A model generated the notes under the pieces. It did no database searches. It had not been told where the DNA came from and saw only the letters and a program-made list of their open reading frames with translations. The translations under genes and the position numbers were made by a program. From assembly GCA_951406725.2 (NCBI GenBank), contig OX597815.1:76012001-76076000 (forward strand): a DNA stretch of 64,000 bases. Direction: 5' to 3'. Shown piece by piece: positions 14,001-25,450 of the stretch (position 1 is the first letter of the stretch; the number at the start of each line of letters is the position of its first letter). Origin of the DNA: Octopus vulgaris (lineage: Eukaryota).

Positions 14001-17000
14001 TATGAACTAAAAGTTGGAGGGGATGGGATAAACGACTTGCATCAACTTGCTATAAAAGCAGGTCGTAATTTTACCTTGTATTTATTCTTAGTGCAAGTTT
14101 TGAAGAGTGCAGTTCGATTTTAGCAGTTATTTTTTCAAAGCTATAATGGAAGTGACAAAGTAGCATATTCAGCATATTTTGCTTTATGAGTTCAATAAAG
14201 GTAACAATGCAACAGAAAGTGCAAGGAATATTAATGCAGTATATGGGGATTGGACAATAAATGTAAGCCAATGTCAACGGTGGTTCCAGAAATTTCAAGG
14301 CAGAAACTACAGCCTAGAAGATGAGTCTTGTCCTGGAAGGTGGAACAAAATCTCATCGTAACTGTTGAGGAACTGACAGAGAAGCTTGGATTTGGTAATT
14401 CAACCATTCATCGACACCTGTGTGCCGTCAGAAGAGTCAGTAATTTGGGTCAATGGGTACCTCACAAACTTTCCAAGTCTAATTGTGTGCAGAGAGTGAA
14501 TGAATGTGTGTTCTTCTTTGATGTCACATCTCACGAATGAACCTTTTTTTTGCACTAAATAGTGACTGGTGAGAAGGTGTTATCTGTTTGGTGGGATATG
14601 AAAAGTTTAGTCCATTTTGAATTTTTCAACCCAAACCAAATGATAACAAAAGAGATCTACTGCAAGCAGCTTGAGCAACTTAAGTCAGCAATAGAAGGAA
14701 AACGACCATTTTTGGTTTCAAGACGAAAGGTGTTCTTCCATTAGGATAATGCTCGGCCACATACAGCAAGGATGATATTCCAAAGGCTAGAGCAGTTCGA
14801 ATGGGAAACGATGCCCCACCCACCATATTTGCCGTACATTGAAAAATAAAAGTATAAACAAAAGACGCATTATTTATGGGATGACCCATTACTTATTTTC
14901 TCAGTCTCTTTTTCCTAAACTGCTAAGTTACAGGGATGTAAACACATCAACACTAGTTGTCAATTGGTGGTGGGAGACATAGACACACACACACATGCAT
15001 ACGACAGGCTTCTTTCAGTTTCCATCTACCAAATATATTCACAAGGCTTTCCTTGGCCTGAGGCTATAGTAGAAGACACTTGTCCAAGGTGTCACACTGG
15101 CACTGAACCCGGAACCATGTAGTTGGGAAGCAAACTTTTTACCACATAGCCATGTCTGTGCGTGTCTCTCTCTCCTTTCTCCCCTTCCCCCTCTCTCTCT
15201 ATCTATCTATCTATCTCATCATCATCATCATCGTTTAGCATCCGCTTTCCATGCTGGCATGGGTTGGACGGTACAACTGGGGTCTGGGAAGCCAGAAGGC
15301 TGCACCAGGCCCAGTCTGATCTGGGAATGTTTCTACGGCTGGATGCCCTTCCTAATGCCAACCACTCCATGAGTGCAGTGGGTGCTTTTTACGTGCCACC
15401 AGCACGGAGGCCAGGCAAGGCTGGCAACGGCCACGATCGGATGGTGCTTTTTACATGCCACCAGCATGGAAGCCAGTTGAGGCGGTGCTGGCAACGGCCA
15501 CGTTCGGATATATATATATATATGAGAAATTATGCTAAACAAATTTATATCCTTTCTTCCATACATATACTTCACCTTTGTGATTATTTGCAACCAGAGT
15601 GAAGGTGCATGACTTAATGATTAGAGTGTTCTGCTCACAATCATAAGTTCGTGAGTTAGATTCCTCATGATGTGTTGTGTCCTTGAGCGAGACACTTTAT
15701 TTCGCGGTACTCCCATTCTCTCAGCTGGCAAAAATGAGTAATATCTGTATTTCAAAGGACCAGCCTTGTCACAATCTGTGTCATGCTGAATCTCCTTGAG
15801 AACTACTACTGTGGAGTGCTCAAACACTTGCACATTTTCATGAGCAGGCTGTTGGAACTGATGGAGTACTTGTTTATTTGCAACCTCTGCATTGGACGTT
15901 CAAGTGCTCAATAGCTGGATGATGATACTTCATGTGGAGCACTGAACTTACCCATAGTAGTTATACATCTAACTGTATGCTGTGTGTTTGTGTGTGATGT
16001 GCATGTCTGTGTGTTTTGTGTTTGTTTGTCTTTACACTTATGGAAGTTGCCTACTAGAAATGGGTGTTTTTGTCAACAAATCACTCAATCATTTTGTACT
16101 TTCAAAGGTGCATGAAATAAGAGATCCCTTATATGAAAAACAGAAAGTGCAAGGAATATTAATGCAGTAGAGGTTAGTGACAAGAAGGGCTTCCAGCTGT
16201 AAAACAGCACCTAAATATATTTAACTTGTACTAGCAGGGGAAAGTGGATGTAAAACGAATGAGCTTTGTATGTGTGTGTTTGTATCTTTTTGTCTTGACA
16301 TTGTGTGATAATTGTCAAGAAACACTACTGTTACACCGTAAGCGGTGACGTCCAGGTGTGTGTGCTGTTTGTGCTCAAAGAACTAGGGGAAAACATCACT
16401 TTACTTGGAAACACGCAATTTTTAGCAACAGAAAGAGCATCCAACCATTTAATATGTGCTTCAAATAATTTCATGTCTGGCCCATTCAAACACAGAAAAT
16501 TAGACATTAAAATGATGATGATTATCATAGTTGAGTTTTGTTTTTCTGCCTGAAGGTATTTGAGAGAATACAGTACTATAACATCAAGGTATATTACATC
16601 AAATATGTTCATCAGATTTATTATGAAAAGGCTAAAAGTAGGATCTTAAATATTTCTCCTTGTCCTTGTCCAAAAAACCATTATATTTCAGAACTGGATC
16701 ATTATCAGAAGATGAATATTAAATGATAGCACTAATGATGGGGTATGCTTAACATGAAGAATTGAAAGTAAAATGTCTCATCATCATCATCACCACCACC
16801 ACCACCATTTAACATCCATTTTCTGTGCTGGTATGTGTGTGTTGGACGTTTTGACAGGAGCTGCCAAGCTAGAGAACCATTCCAAGCTCCAATGTCTACT
16901 TTGAATGGTTCCTATGGCTAGATGCCTTACCTAACACTGACTTTACAGAGTTCTGGGTGTTTTGTTTCGGGGCACTAGTAGGTTCACCAAGTAACTCACA

Positions 17001-20000
17001 AGACAAGACCCCAATCCCTCAACCGAGGTGGGAGTAGTATTGAGGGAGGTGGCTTTATGCCAGGTGATGAGAGTTTAAAGTATGTAGAGAGATAGAAACT
17101 GGTGTCTTACTGTAGAGGAAATTAGATACATGGCTACCCCAGTTGGAAAAGAAAGAAAACAGTGGTGAGGATGTAACTCAAGTTACAGGAAGGTGAAGAT
17201 AAGAGAAGTGATAGAGGATTTGACAGGGTAATGGGGGTAGGTAAGTTAGTTTGCAAGAGAGTGTGGAAGGAAGGTAACAGATGGACAAAGATGGGGTAGA
17301 AAAATATGTATATAATTATTGTGTACTTTTAAGCATTTACTTTTTTAAAATTTGTTTTCTCCTTTGTTCTGAATATCACATCTTTTTTTTAGCTTGTCAC
17401 CGTGGAAGATCTGGGATTTAGAAGCCGATGTTTGCAAATGTACTTTCTGGATCGATACATTGCAGCTGAGTCTGTATACTGATTCACTGAAGAATGTAAC
17501 TGAAATTAATGTAGTAACAGATGAAGTTTGGGAAAGTAAGTTTGGTTAAATTCTTTTTTTTTGTTTTTACTTATCAAAAAAAAAAATATTGATGATGATG
17601 ATGAACTGTCAGGCAGTCAGGATAGTCGGGCAGCATTGCATTTTGTCAATATTTATTTTTGTCTGACAAATTTAGAAATGTAATTTTTTTTCTCATATAT
17701 ACAGGGTACATAAGATATTTGAGAACAGATTTATGTTTATAAAAAAAAACATATAATAATAGATAACATTATTTATCAAAAAATTGCTATGACGATAAAA
17801 ATAAATCTTCTTTTCTGTAATGTTATTCAATAAAGTCATCTTCAGCTTCAACAACTGCTTCTATATGAGATCTGAATCATCTATATGCTTGAATCAAGTG
17901 GTTCTGGTTCATTTTGGACATTACTCTGACTATGGCAGCTTTCAAAGAATCTTTGGTGTTATGGGCGTGTTCATTGACCTCTCTCTCAACAATGCTCCAC
18001 ATGTAATAGTCCAATGGATTGAGATCTGGGGAAATGTTAGGGGTTATGTGATCATGAAAATTTTCAGCCATCCATTCCTGTGTTACTAGAGTCATGTGTG
18101 TTAGTGCAGAGTCTTACTGAAACGCATATGGTCTTCCATTGCATACACTGTCTATCCAGGGTTTAACAATTGTTTCCAGGACCTCAATGTAGGCAGCAGA
18201 GTTAACTCTGTGGCCTTGTGGAAAGACGTAAGGAGGCATCACATGTCCTTCATTGCTGATAACATCTAAAACCATGACAGTTGCAGGAAATTTTGTATGC
18301 CTAACACTTGGAACTTCAGAAGGGTCTGCACATAAACATCTGTCATTTCTTCTGTTAACTTTTTGATCTTGGTTGAAGTTTTTCTCATTTGAGAAAAACC
18401 AAATCAAATCATCTTCTGCTGGATTTTTTAGGTTAAGAACTTTTTAGATCTGATGTAGTGATTTTCTTTCGCTTTTTCGGACAAAGTGACCTTTCATCAT
18501 CATATAAGACTGATTTCTTTGTGGACAACATTTCTGACTGTTTCTTCTGATAAATGGAGATCTTTTGCAATTGACCTCATGGACTTTCTGGGATTGTAAT
18601 CAATGGTCTGTTGAACTTGCTGGATAAATTCAAGTGTTCTGATGAATTCAGAGCATTTAGAATGCTTTTTATGCTTTGATACTGGTGATACATTTCCATC
18701 TTCAGTCTCTAGCTCCTTACAAACTTTGTAGACAAACGATCTGGCAACTTTTAAAAATCGAGATATTTCTAAATTGCTATGCTCAGCCTTTATAACTACA
18801 ATAACAGCATGCCTCTTCATTTCTTGAGTGAGCTGAGGGTCTGCCATCATTATTTTCTGAAACAAAGATTATACATATTTAGAAAAAATGCAGCAATGAC
18901 CCCAAAAAGATATGTCCTTAAATACCTGACACACTCTGTGTGTGTGTATATATATATGACTCTTTTATTTTTGCTCCTTCCCTCAACCTGCCTAACAACA
19001 CTGTCTCTGCTGTTACTTCCTCCACTACAACCCTCTCACAATAAATCTTTCCATTCATACTTTCTCTCAATACCTCACCTACATCAACACACCCTCTCCT
19101 ATTCTCGTTTGCAGTCATGAGGCTCTTTTGTCTTGCCAATTACAAGGCACCTGCACAAGTACTGGTACCGTGAATAAAACACTCAGTACACACTATAAAG
19201 GTGTTGGCAAATCAAACAGTGGTAATGCAATATCAAGAGGAGTCTTTAGCCTTACTGGGGCAAGACATCTACAGTGTATGTGTGTAGTGAAACATGACAG
19301 AGCTATTTTATCACTGCAGCATAATTTAGTTGTGTTTGGGCAGATGCCAGCCAGGTAGGGTTGGCAGTGTACGAATACAAGTAACAACTTCTGTCCACCA
19401 GTGAAGCATGCTGATTTTTTTAAGCACTTAGTTATGACCTGGACATTGAACATACAACAGCATTTATTTTGAAGTACCACTGTTTGGATTTTCCATTTCA
19501 TCATGTAGAGTTGTGGTTTAAACAGTATTAATGATTATCACTGTTTATGCGCTGAAACATTCTGGTTTTTATAACCAACTTGAAGATTTGGCTGATTTGA
19601 CATCACTTGCAAATATATCTGAAGATAATGGTTCTTTTAACAGTCCTAGCATCCTTATTGTATTCCTGTTATGCAGCTTCAACAGTATTAGTATTCCACA
19701 CCATGCAACCTTTTTACTGCTTTAGTCAGTATTAATTCTACAGCCAATAACATTACACAGTTAAAATATATAGTAAGTGATGTCCAATTAATTTTTGTCT
19801 TGCTACATGCATCCTTCAGCAAATGTTTTGAATTAACAGCCACAACAGCTACATATTTCTTTGTATACACTTTTATCAGTGTTCTTTTAAAAATTGTAAA
19901 ATAATAAATTATTTTAGTATGAAAAATTGAATTATGCCTTCTGAATTTTCTTGAGCTTGACTTCCTTCACTAAGACATTCAGTCCTGAATTTTACAACAT

Positions 20001-23000
20001 CTAGTATATGTTACAAATAAATGTTGACTTTCTGTACATGTGTTATGAAAAAAAAGCTCCCTTTACACTTGATAAAGTAGTTAGTTGGTGTTAGGGAAGC
20101 CATCTTGCCATACAAAAAGTTTGCCAATTCAGGTACCTTAGAGCAAGATATCCTCTGACCTATCGGATCTTGTCAAAATGTTCCTTCCATCCTGGCATGA
20201 TTTGAATTTTGATAATTACTTTTTTGTTTAATTAAATCTCCTGTTTAATTTGGCCTGTGGAAGCAGTTTTAATAAACAATAATTATCTAACACTTGAACT
20301 GGATTTCATGTCACTTAGTCTGTTTATAAAGAAAGCCACATTTTAGAATGTATAACACCAATAATAATCTGGGTTGTTCTTGTACTTTCTCAGAATATTC
20401 AACTTTAATAAAGGATTAGCCAAAATAGTATTTCTCATAATAATGTAAATGTCTAATTTTATAGATTTTAAAAAATATGTATGCTTTTAGGTGAGGCAGA
20501 TGATCATCCTTGGTTATGCTTGGCACACAATATGAGGAAAGCAACTTTAAAAGAGGCAGAAATCTTCAAAAATTGCACTACTATCGCACAATTCTCAAAG
20601 GTAGGTTATTGTGTTATTGAATCCCAGTAACTTAACATATTTTTTCATAATCATGTAAATGTATTGTATTCATCCATTCTTCCCAACTTTCCATCCCTAT
20701 CATCTCTATTTATCTTCTTGTATCTTGAGCATATGCCATGATACTGTTTTTATCACTATTTCCAACTGCTCTCAACCACTCTACGTGTAGTAGCCATCTA
20801 TCTCCTGTCCCTCTATCATGCTTTAGCCTCTCAACATGTTGCATAGAGTCATTTCCCTCTCTGCTACACTCCCACTCAGTTGAGTGGGCTATTTTGACTT
20901 GCAAGTTACTTGGTGATCTCATTAGTATTGGTACCTCTGTAAAGTTGTTGGAGTCAGGAAGGGTGTTCAGACTTTAGAGCTCAACACAATCCTCTGACAT
21001 GTCAGATTAAGTTGAATTGTCCAACTCGTACAAACATGAATGACATGTTAAATGATGATAATGGCATTTATCTTAATTCTTTTTAACATTACAATTTTGT
21101 TTCTCTTATTACAGTCGCTGCATGTGTTCAGTGCGGAGATGATGAAATTGCAGGATTTGGCTAAAGAGATCTATTCTTTATCTATAAAGCATCATTTGAA
21201 ACTGCAAAATAATTGGTATTAATCTTTTTCTTTTTTCCTCCTCATCTGAACAATTGATATTATGTTATATATATATGTTCTCTCCAGTGCAATCTGCCTC
21301 TTATAGATACTCCTTGACTTAGAATGTCTGGTTCACATCTATGACAATTTGCTTCTGCTGCCTCATATCCACATGGAGCCATGGCTTATAATAAAATAAT
21401 CCCTTTGATAAAATTGCTATGCTAGGAAAAGAACATATTAACTTGTGAGGTTTCTTCGGAAGTAATAAAAATGGAATGTGTGTGAGAATTATGTTTGAAT
21501 TCAACTAACTCATCTAATTTTGTGAACTTTATTTTTTGATGATGAAGACCCTGACCAATTTCCTAAAACTTTAATGTTTTATGTAAAATTTTATAATTTA
21601 AGGTGTGCAGGCGAGGCTGTATCAAGGAGTTTACTTCCTAACCAAGAGGTTTTGTTTTCAGTCTCACTGTGTGGCACCTTGGACAAGGGTATCTATTGTA
21701 GTCTGGAGCCAACCAAAGCTTTGTGTGTGGTTTTGATTGACAGAAACTAAAAGAAGCCTGTTGTGTGTGTATTAGTGTCTCTTTGTCTTAGTTGTAATGG
21801 GAGTCATACAGGTGGTGTCATCATTTTCTAATCTTCTGTGAAACATGTCTGGCCATGGGGAAATATTACTTTGTTTGAAAATTGGTGCAGGTTGTCAACA
21901 AGAAAGGCATCAGGCTGTAAAAATCTGCCTTAATAAATTTTGTCTGGCCATGTAAGCATGGATGTTAAAACAATGATGGAGATATAGAACTTGTACTTTC
22001 TGTATGCATGTTGTATTAAGTCGGAGGTTCTCCTTTTGACCTGCCCAGCATCCCCTTAGGTGTTGGGCAGGTCAGCAGGAGCATTAGACTTCAGTGGGTG
22101 GTGAGGTAACAACATACTGAATTCTACCTATAGTAGTAATTATACCTGATAAAACTTTTAATGGTTATTAAAATAAAATAAAATCTCATCAGGCACAGGG
22201 AAGCCATTAACTTGTAATGTATAAAGTAAATTCTGTCTTTATTAATTTTTTAATAATTTCATTGTTAAAGCTTACCCATTTGAATTTTTTTTTAGAATAA
22301 ATTTATAAATTACCATCCATGTTAAGTTAGTTGCGATACCTCACTCACCACTTAGGTGGATGCTAGGCATGACAACTACGTGAAGTGGGTGGGATGATAC
22401 AAAGAAAGAGGTTGAGATTCACTGTATTAATTATTTTGAGTCAGCTGGCATTAAACTAAGTTTTCCAGTTATGGAATCAATTATTTTGCTAAATTTTATA
22501 ACATTTTTAACCTTTTGCAGATGGATTTAGTACTGACTGTCAGTGCTGTGTACCAGTATTAGGCCTTTCATCATCATCATCGTTTAACGTCCGTTCTCCA
22601 TGCTAGCATGGGTTGGACGGTTCGACCGGGGTTCTGGGAAGCCAGAAGGCTGCACCAGGCTCCAGTCTAATCTGGCAATGTTTCTACAGCTGGATGCCCT
22701 TCCTAACGCCAACCACTCCGTGAATGTAGTGGGTGCTTTTTACGTGCCACCTGCACAGGTGCCAGGCGGGGCTGGCAACGGCCACGGTCAGATTGGTGTA
22801 TTTTATGTGCCACCGGCATGGAAGCCAGTCGAGGCGGTGCTGGCATCGGCCACGAGTTGGATAGTGCTTTTTACGTACCACCAGACCAGGGATCCTGGCT
22901 GGTTCAATTCGATTTCGATTTCGCTTGCCCCAACATGTCTTCACAAGCAAAGGGGGTTGGCATGGGTGCCTGTCGTACGGTCGCATTGGAGTATTTTACG

Positions 23001-24347
23001 TGCCACGGCCACGAGTCGGATAGTGCTTTTTACGTACCACCAGACCAGGGACCCTGGCTGGTTCAATTCGGTTTCGATTTCGCTTGCCCCAACATGTCTT
23101 CACAAGCAAAGGGGGTTGGCATGGGTGCCTGTCGTACGGTCGCATTGGAGTATTTTACGTGCCACGGCCACGAGTCGGATAGTGCTTTTTACGTACCACC
23201 AGGCCAGGGTTGGCATGGGTGTCTGTCGTCGGATGAGGTTCTATATCGACTTCGCTTGCCTCAACAGGTCTTTGTGTCCAAGGGAGGAAAGGCATTCATA
23301 AGTGGGCTGGGCTCACTTGTCCTGCCTGGTCTTCTCACGTAGGCTCACTTGTCCTGCTTGGTCTTCTCACGTATCAGTAACTACATAATTTTTCATTCAA
23401 GGAATTTTAGTGTATTTACAGATTCTTCTCAGTGTAGACATTGCACTGCTCACACAGTGTTTCGATGTGGTCAGTACTACTTCCTGTCTGCAAGAGGTTA
23501 AATGTTGTGTGAATAATTATAGTTCAAACATAATTGTTATAAAAGCTATGTTGTAATTTTCTTTCTTGTAGTATCACAATCACATATTGCTGTTTAAAAA
23601 GCTTGTCCAAAGTTATGGTGGATTACTATGTAGATGCTGTTCAGTACCCTTTCAGTTTTATCAAGTTCGAAGTAAAATACCAGTATGGACAGATAAGGTA
23701 AAAATTAATACAATAACTACAATGATTTTGATTTCACTAAAATGTTCGTTACAAGTCAACTTATGATTTCTTCCAAATCAGCAAAGAATTCTCTTAGTTA
23801 CTACTTACTGAATTATTAAGGTGTGCTTTAGTACAGAATGTGATGATCAGGCACAACCTTTTGGATGCTGACAATTTGACATGACTGACTGGACATTCAG
23901 CCAGTTTTGATGAGAGAACTTTTTAGGACTGGAGGCACATACACATGTGTGCAGAAATATACGCATATATATATTTGGAGAGAGAGCAAGACATTACAAT
24001 TTATTTATTGAAGACAATTGACATCAACATCTTTCCCTCTCCCCATACACATGGAGAGATATGTTCATACACATACATACTACAGAGAGAGGTGGGAGAG
24101 AATGAGATAAACATTAAAACGACTGATGTCAAATAACTTGGTGTTGAATTAGTGACACCAAAATATCCTTTTAATATTATTATTCCAAAATGAAACATTT
24201 ATCTCTATCAATCTGATCCTTTTTTTTCTTTTTATTTTAAGCTGTGAAGACATAGCACGAAGACTACGGAAGGTGCAACCAGGTTTATGCTATTTCACCA
24301 GACTTGTGAATGCCGTTGACTTAGAATTGGCTGCAAGCAAGTTTTAA
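1..24347 (+). CDS. KNL1: Kinetochore scaffold 1 (KNL1/CASC5/Spc105), 5'-truncated; C-terminal ~630 aa (Ser-rich region, coiled coil, tandem RWD domains)
   Basis: 15 phase-compatible GT-AG exons: <1-258, 2548-2810, 4557-4661, 5564-5673, 6927-7005, 7293-7409, 8673-8760, 9596-9697, 11303-11342, 13374-13520, 17393-17535, 20491-20600, 21115-21215, 23572-23697, 24242-24347 (TAA). The spliced product is open throughout. Its motifs are colinear with the human KNL1 C-terminus as I recall it: RQSNIYETSVVTEPHTIEEKM~RQSNLPGNFTVNTPPTPEDLM; LSPWKIWDLEADVCKCTFWIDTLQL~LSEWDVVEWSDDQAVFTFVYDTIQL; KNCTTIAQFSK~KTCTTQHQLPK; YPFSFIKFEVKYQYGQISCEDIARRLRKV~YPSVPLPSTIQNHVGNTSQDDIATILSKV. The MELT/SILK/RVSF region would lie upstream of the window. 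Confidence 0.85.
963..2056 (+). mobile_element. Non-autonomous piggyBac element with transposase remnant
   Basis: TTAA TSDs (959-962, 2057-2060) and TIRs CCCTTTCGTTAC...GTAACGAAAGGG. Internal frameshifted segment ICEANTGY..LYTGKNNVSQHGLGNDVVWNLSLPYHNQGRILFFDRF is typical of the piggyBac DDD core. Confidence 0.9.
5800..6240 (+). mobile_element. RTE LINE 3' end fragment
   Basis: ERIPKWILQSKPTSRRSRSRLRMSWLDNI and ASNRIIWR resemble the RTE ORF2 C-terminal motifs (G.R.RGRP..RW.D, A.DR..WR). Confidence 0.55.
6532..6742 (+). mobile_element. ~200-bp TTAA MITE, CCCTTTAGCATT TIR family
   Basis: TTAA|CCCTTTAGCATTCAGATT...GCTAAAGGG|TTAG; other copies at ~37692-37890, ~45685-45877, 62417-62594, 63925->64000. 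Confidence 0.8.
7090..7245 (-). mobile_element. RTE-like LINE fragment (Cys/His finger) in a short KNL1 intron
   Basis: - strand ACAVYKKCVGMNSIKCTVCIGWVH; DNA similar to 48590-48660. Confidence 0.55.
7505..7835 (+). mobile_element. tRNA-derived SINE (same family as 63385-63767)
   Basis: TGGCTGTGAGGTTAA...GCACCTTGAACAAG...(TG)n...TGACTGAAACAAG. Confidence 0.75.
13835..15160 (-). mobile_element. tRNA-derived SINE split in two by the mariner insertion
   Basis: 13835-13962 and 14890-15160 join at AAGCCTAG-TA-CTTATT into one copy colinear with 63385-63767. Confidence 0.8.
13963..14889 (+). mobile_element. Decayed, internally deleted mariner transposon
   Basis: TA flanks and imperfect ~30-bp TIRs (TTGGTTCATTCCATATATAATGCG / CGCATTATTTATGGGATGACCCAT). 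Frameshifted transposase has an HTH (LYEFNKGNNATESARNINAVYG..RWFQKF), WVPHKL, VLSVWWD, H*DNARPH and PHPPY motifs. Confidence 0.9.
15217..15510 (-). mobile_element. (GAT)n-tailed SINE-like retroposon, truncated
   Basis: Colinear with 22567-22860. Confidence 0.8.
15600..15890 (+). mobile_element. tRNA-derived SINE with V-domain-like core
   Basis: TGACTTAATGATTAGAGTG...GAGTTAGATTCC...TGTGTCCTTGAGCGAGACACTTTA. Confidence 0.55.
17702..18938 (-). mobile_element. Decayed Tc1/mariner-superfamily transposon, maT/DD37D-like
   Basis: Three ORF pieces (18865-18500, 18407-18114, 18095-17877) give the HTH, FFSNEKNF, VMVL..IS, YAFQ*DSA and SPDLNPLDY motifs. Imperfect TIRs CAGGGTACATAAGATATTTGAGAACA / CAGAGTGTGTCAGGTATTTAAGGACA. 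Confidence 0.88.
22567..23375 (-). mobile_element. Young GC-rich SINE-like retroposon with (GAT)n tail and internal tandem repeats
   Basis: (TCA)n CGTTTAACGTCCG...GGATGCCCTTCCTAA end shared with 10312-10530, 15217-15510, ~16780-16960 and 36183-36328. Internal 159-bp units start at 22848, 23007, 23166; 32-bp tandem pair at 23310-23373. Confidence 0.8.
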
Positions 24348-24409
24348 AACTACAAGACTTCATAATGTATAAATTACTTTCATTTTCATTTCTCTAAATG
24401 TAATTTTAG

Positions 24410-24415
24410 AATAAA
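24410..24415 (+). terminator. Candidate polyadenylation signal (AATAAA) of KNL1
   Basis: AATAAA ~60 nt after the KNL1 stop codon, followed by T/GT-rich sequence. Confidence 0.45.
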
Positions 24416-24884
24416 CATTTATTCATTGTCGTGATCATTCCGTGGATTGGATGTTAGTGGTGAAGTTTCATAATGAATTTGTCTTTTCCTTTTTATCAAG
24501 GACTTCTATAGTCTGCAACAATGGAGCTAGTAAATCCAATTTTAAAAGCTTTGTATTAAGGGGGATACTAGTTGCAAAATTTCATTTGACTTATTGACCA
24601 CTTTCTTCTTTTGAAACAAGAATTTGAGCCAAAATTAAAATCTAGTGCATATAGTAAATATTCTATCATTTTCAATAATAATTATAAAATGTATGTTGCT
24701 AGAATAATTATCTGAATCTGTAATATATAGTTCATTCATTTTCAAGGTGTATATATTTAAACCTATAGGCATTCAACTTATACAATTTATGATTGGAAGA
24801 AGTAGAGATACAGCTATAAGGTTAGTTCAGTCCCACTGCATATCTTGGGCACATGTCTTAGCTCCAGACCCATTGTACACACAT

Positions 24885-25450
24885 ACGAGGGGGTACCTAA
24901 ATGAAACCAAAATTTTTGTATTATTTCATTCACTTAGTTTTACATGTTTACACTCTTACTGCTTTCAAAGTATTCTCCTTTGAAGCAGTGCATTGGTCCA
25001 GGCGAAGTGATGCTTTTTAACATCATTTCTTTCTTCACCATTTCCATATCTGCAAATTCTGTAGCACTAGCTGTTGTCAGTGATAACCTTCAAAAAGAGG
25101 TCTGGTTCAACTTCCAACTGCTCTTTTAGTTCATGACATGCATTCAGACATGAGTAAGCGAGGCACAAAATTTTGCAGCAATTCTTTTCATTTACAATTC
25201 CTCACTCAAAATTCATTGGCATGAGCTCCGGGACACACCAGTCATATCAACAAGTTCAATTGTTCGGTAATGGTCCTCCAAGATCAGTTCATGAATTTTC
25301 ATTCGTTTGGAAGGTTGGTCTTCAAGTGACAAGTGACCATTCCTAAAGAGTGGAAACCACTAATAAACCTATGTTTTGCTCATGGCAGCATCCTTGTAAG
25401 CTGTTTGAAGCATGACAATTGTTTTGGTTGCTGTTTTCACAGATAACATA
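24885..25450 (-). mobile_element. Fragmentary mariner transposon
   Basis: TACGAGGGG terminus; - strand remnants KTAYKDAAMSKT*VY*WFPLFRNGHLSLEDQP (HTH) and RIAAK-FVPRLL (WVPREL-type linker). Confidence 0.7.

Noticed and set aside
15162-15602. 146-aa ORF
   Set aside because: Spans a microsatellite and a SINE copy.
22848-23200. CRISPR-like array
   Set aside because: Eukaryotic locus; the units are full tandem duplicates without unique spacers.
22600-23342. 233-aa and 174-aa ORFs as novel genes
   Set aside because: They lie wholly inside a multicopy SINE-like repeat, and their length comes from 159-bp tandem units and GC richness.
24242-24347. Possible frameshift in the last KNL1 exon
   Set aside because: On re-reading, the exon is open in the expected phase (SCEDIARRLRKVQPGLCYFTRLVNAVDLELAASKF*).
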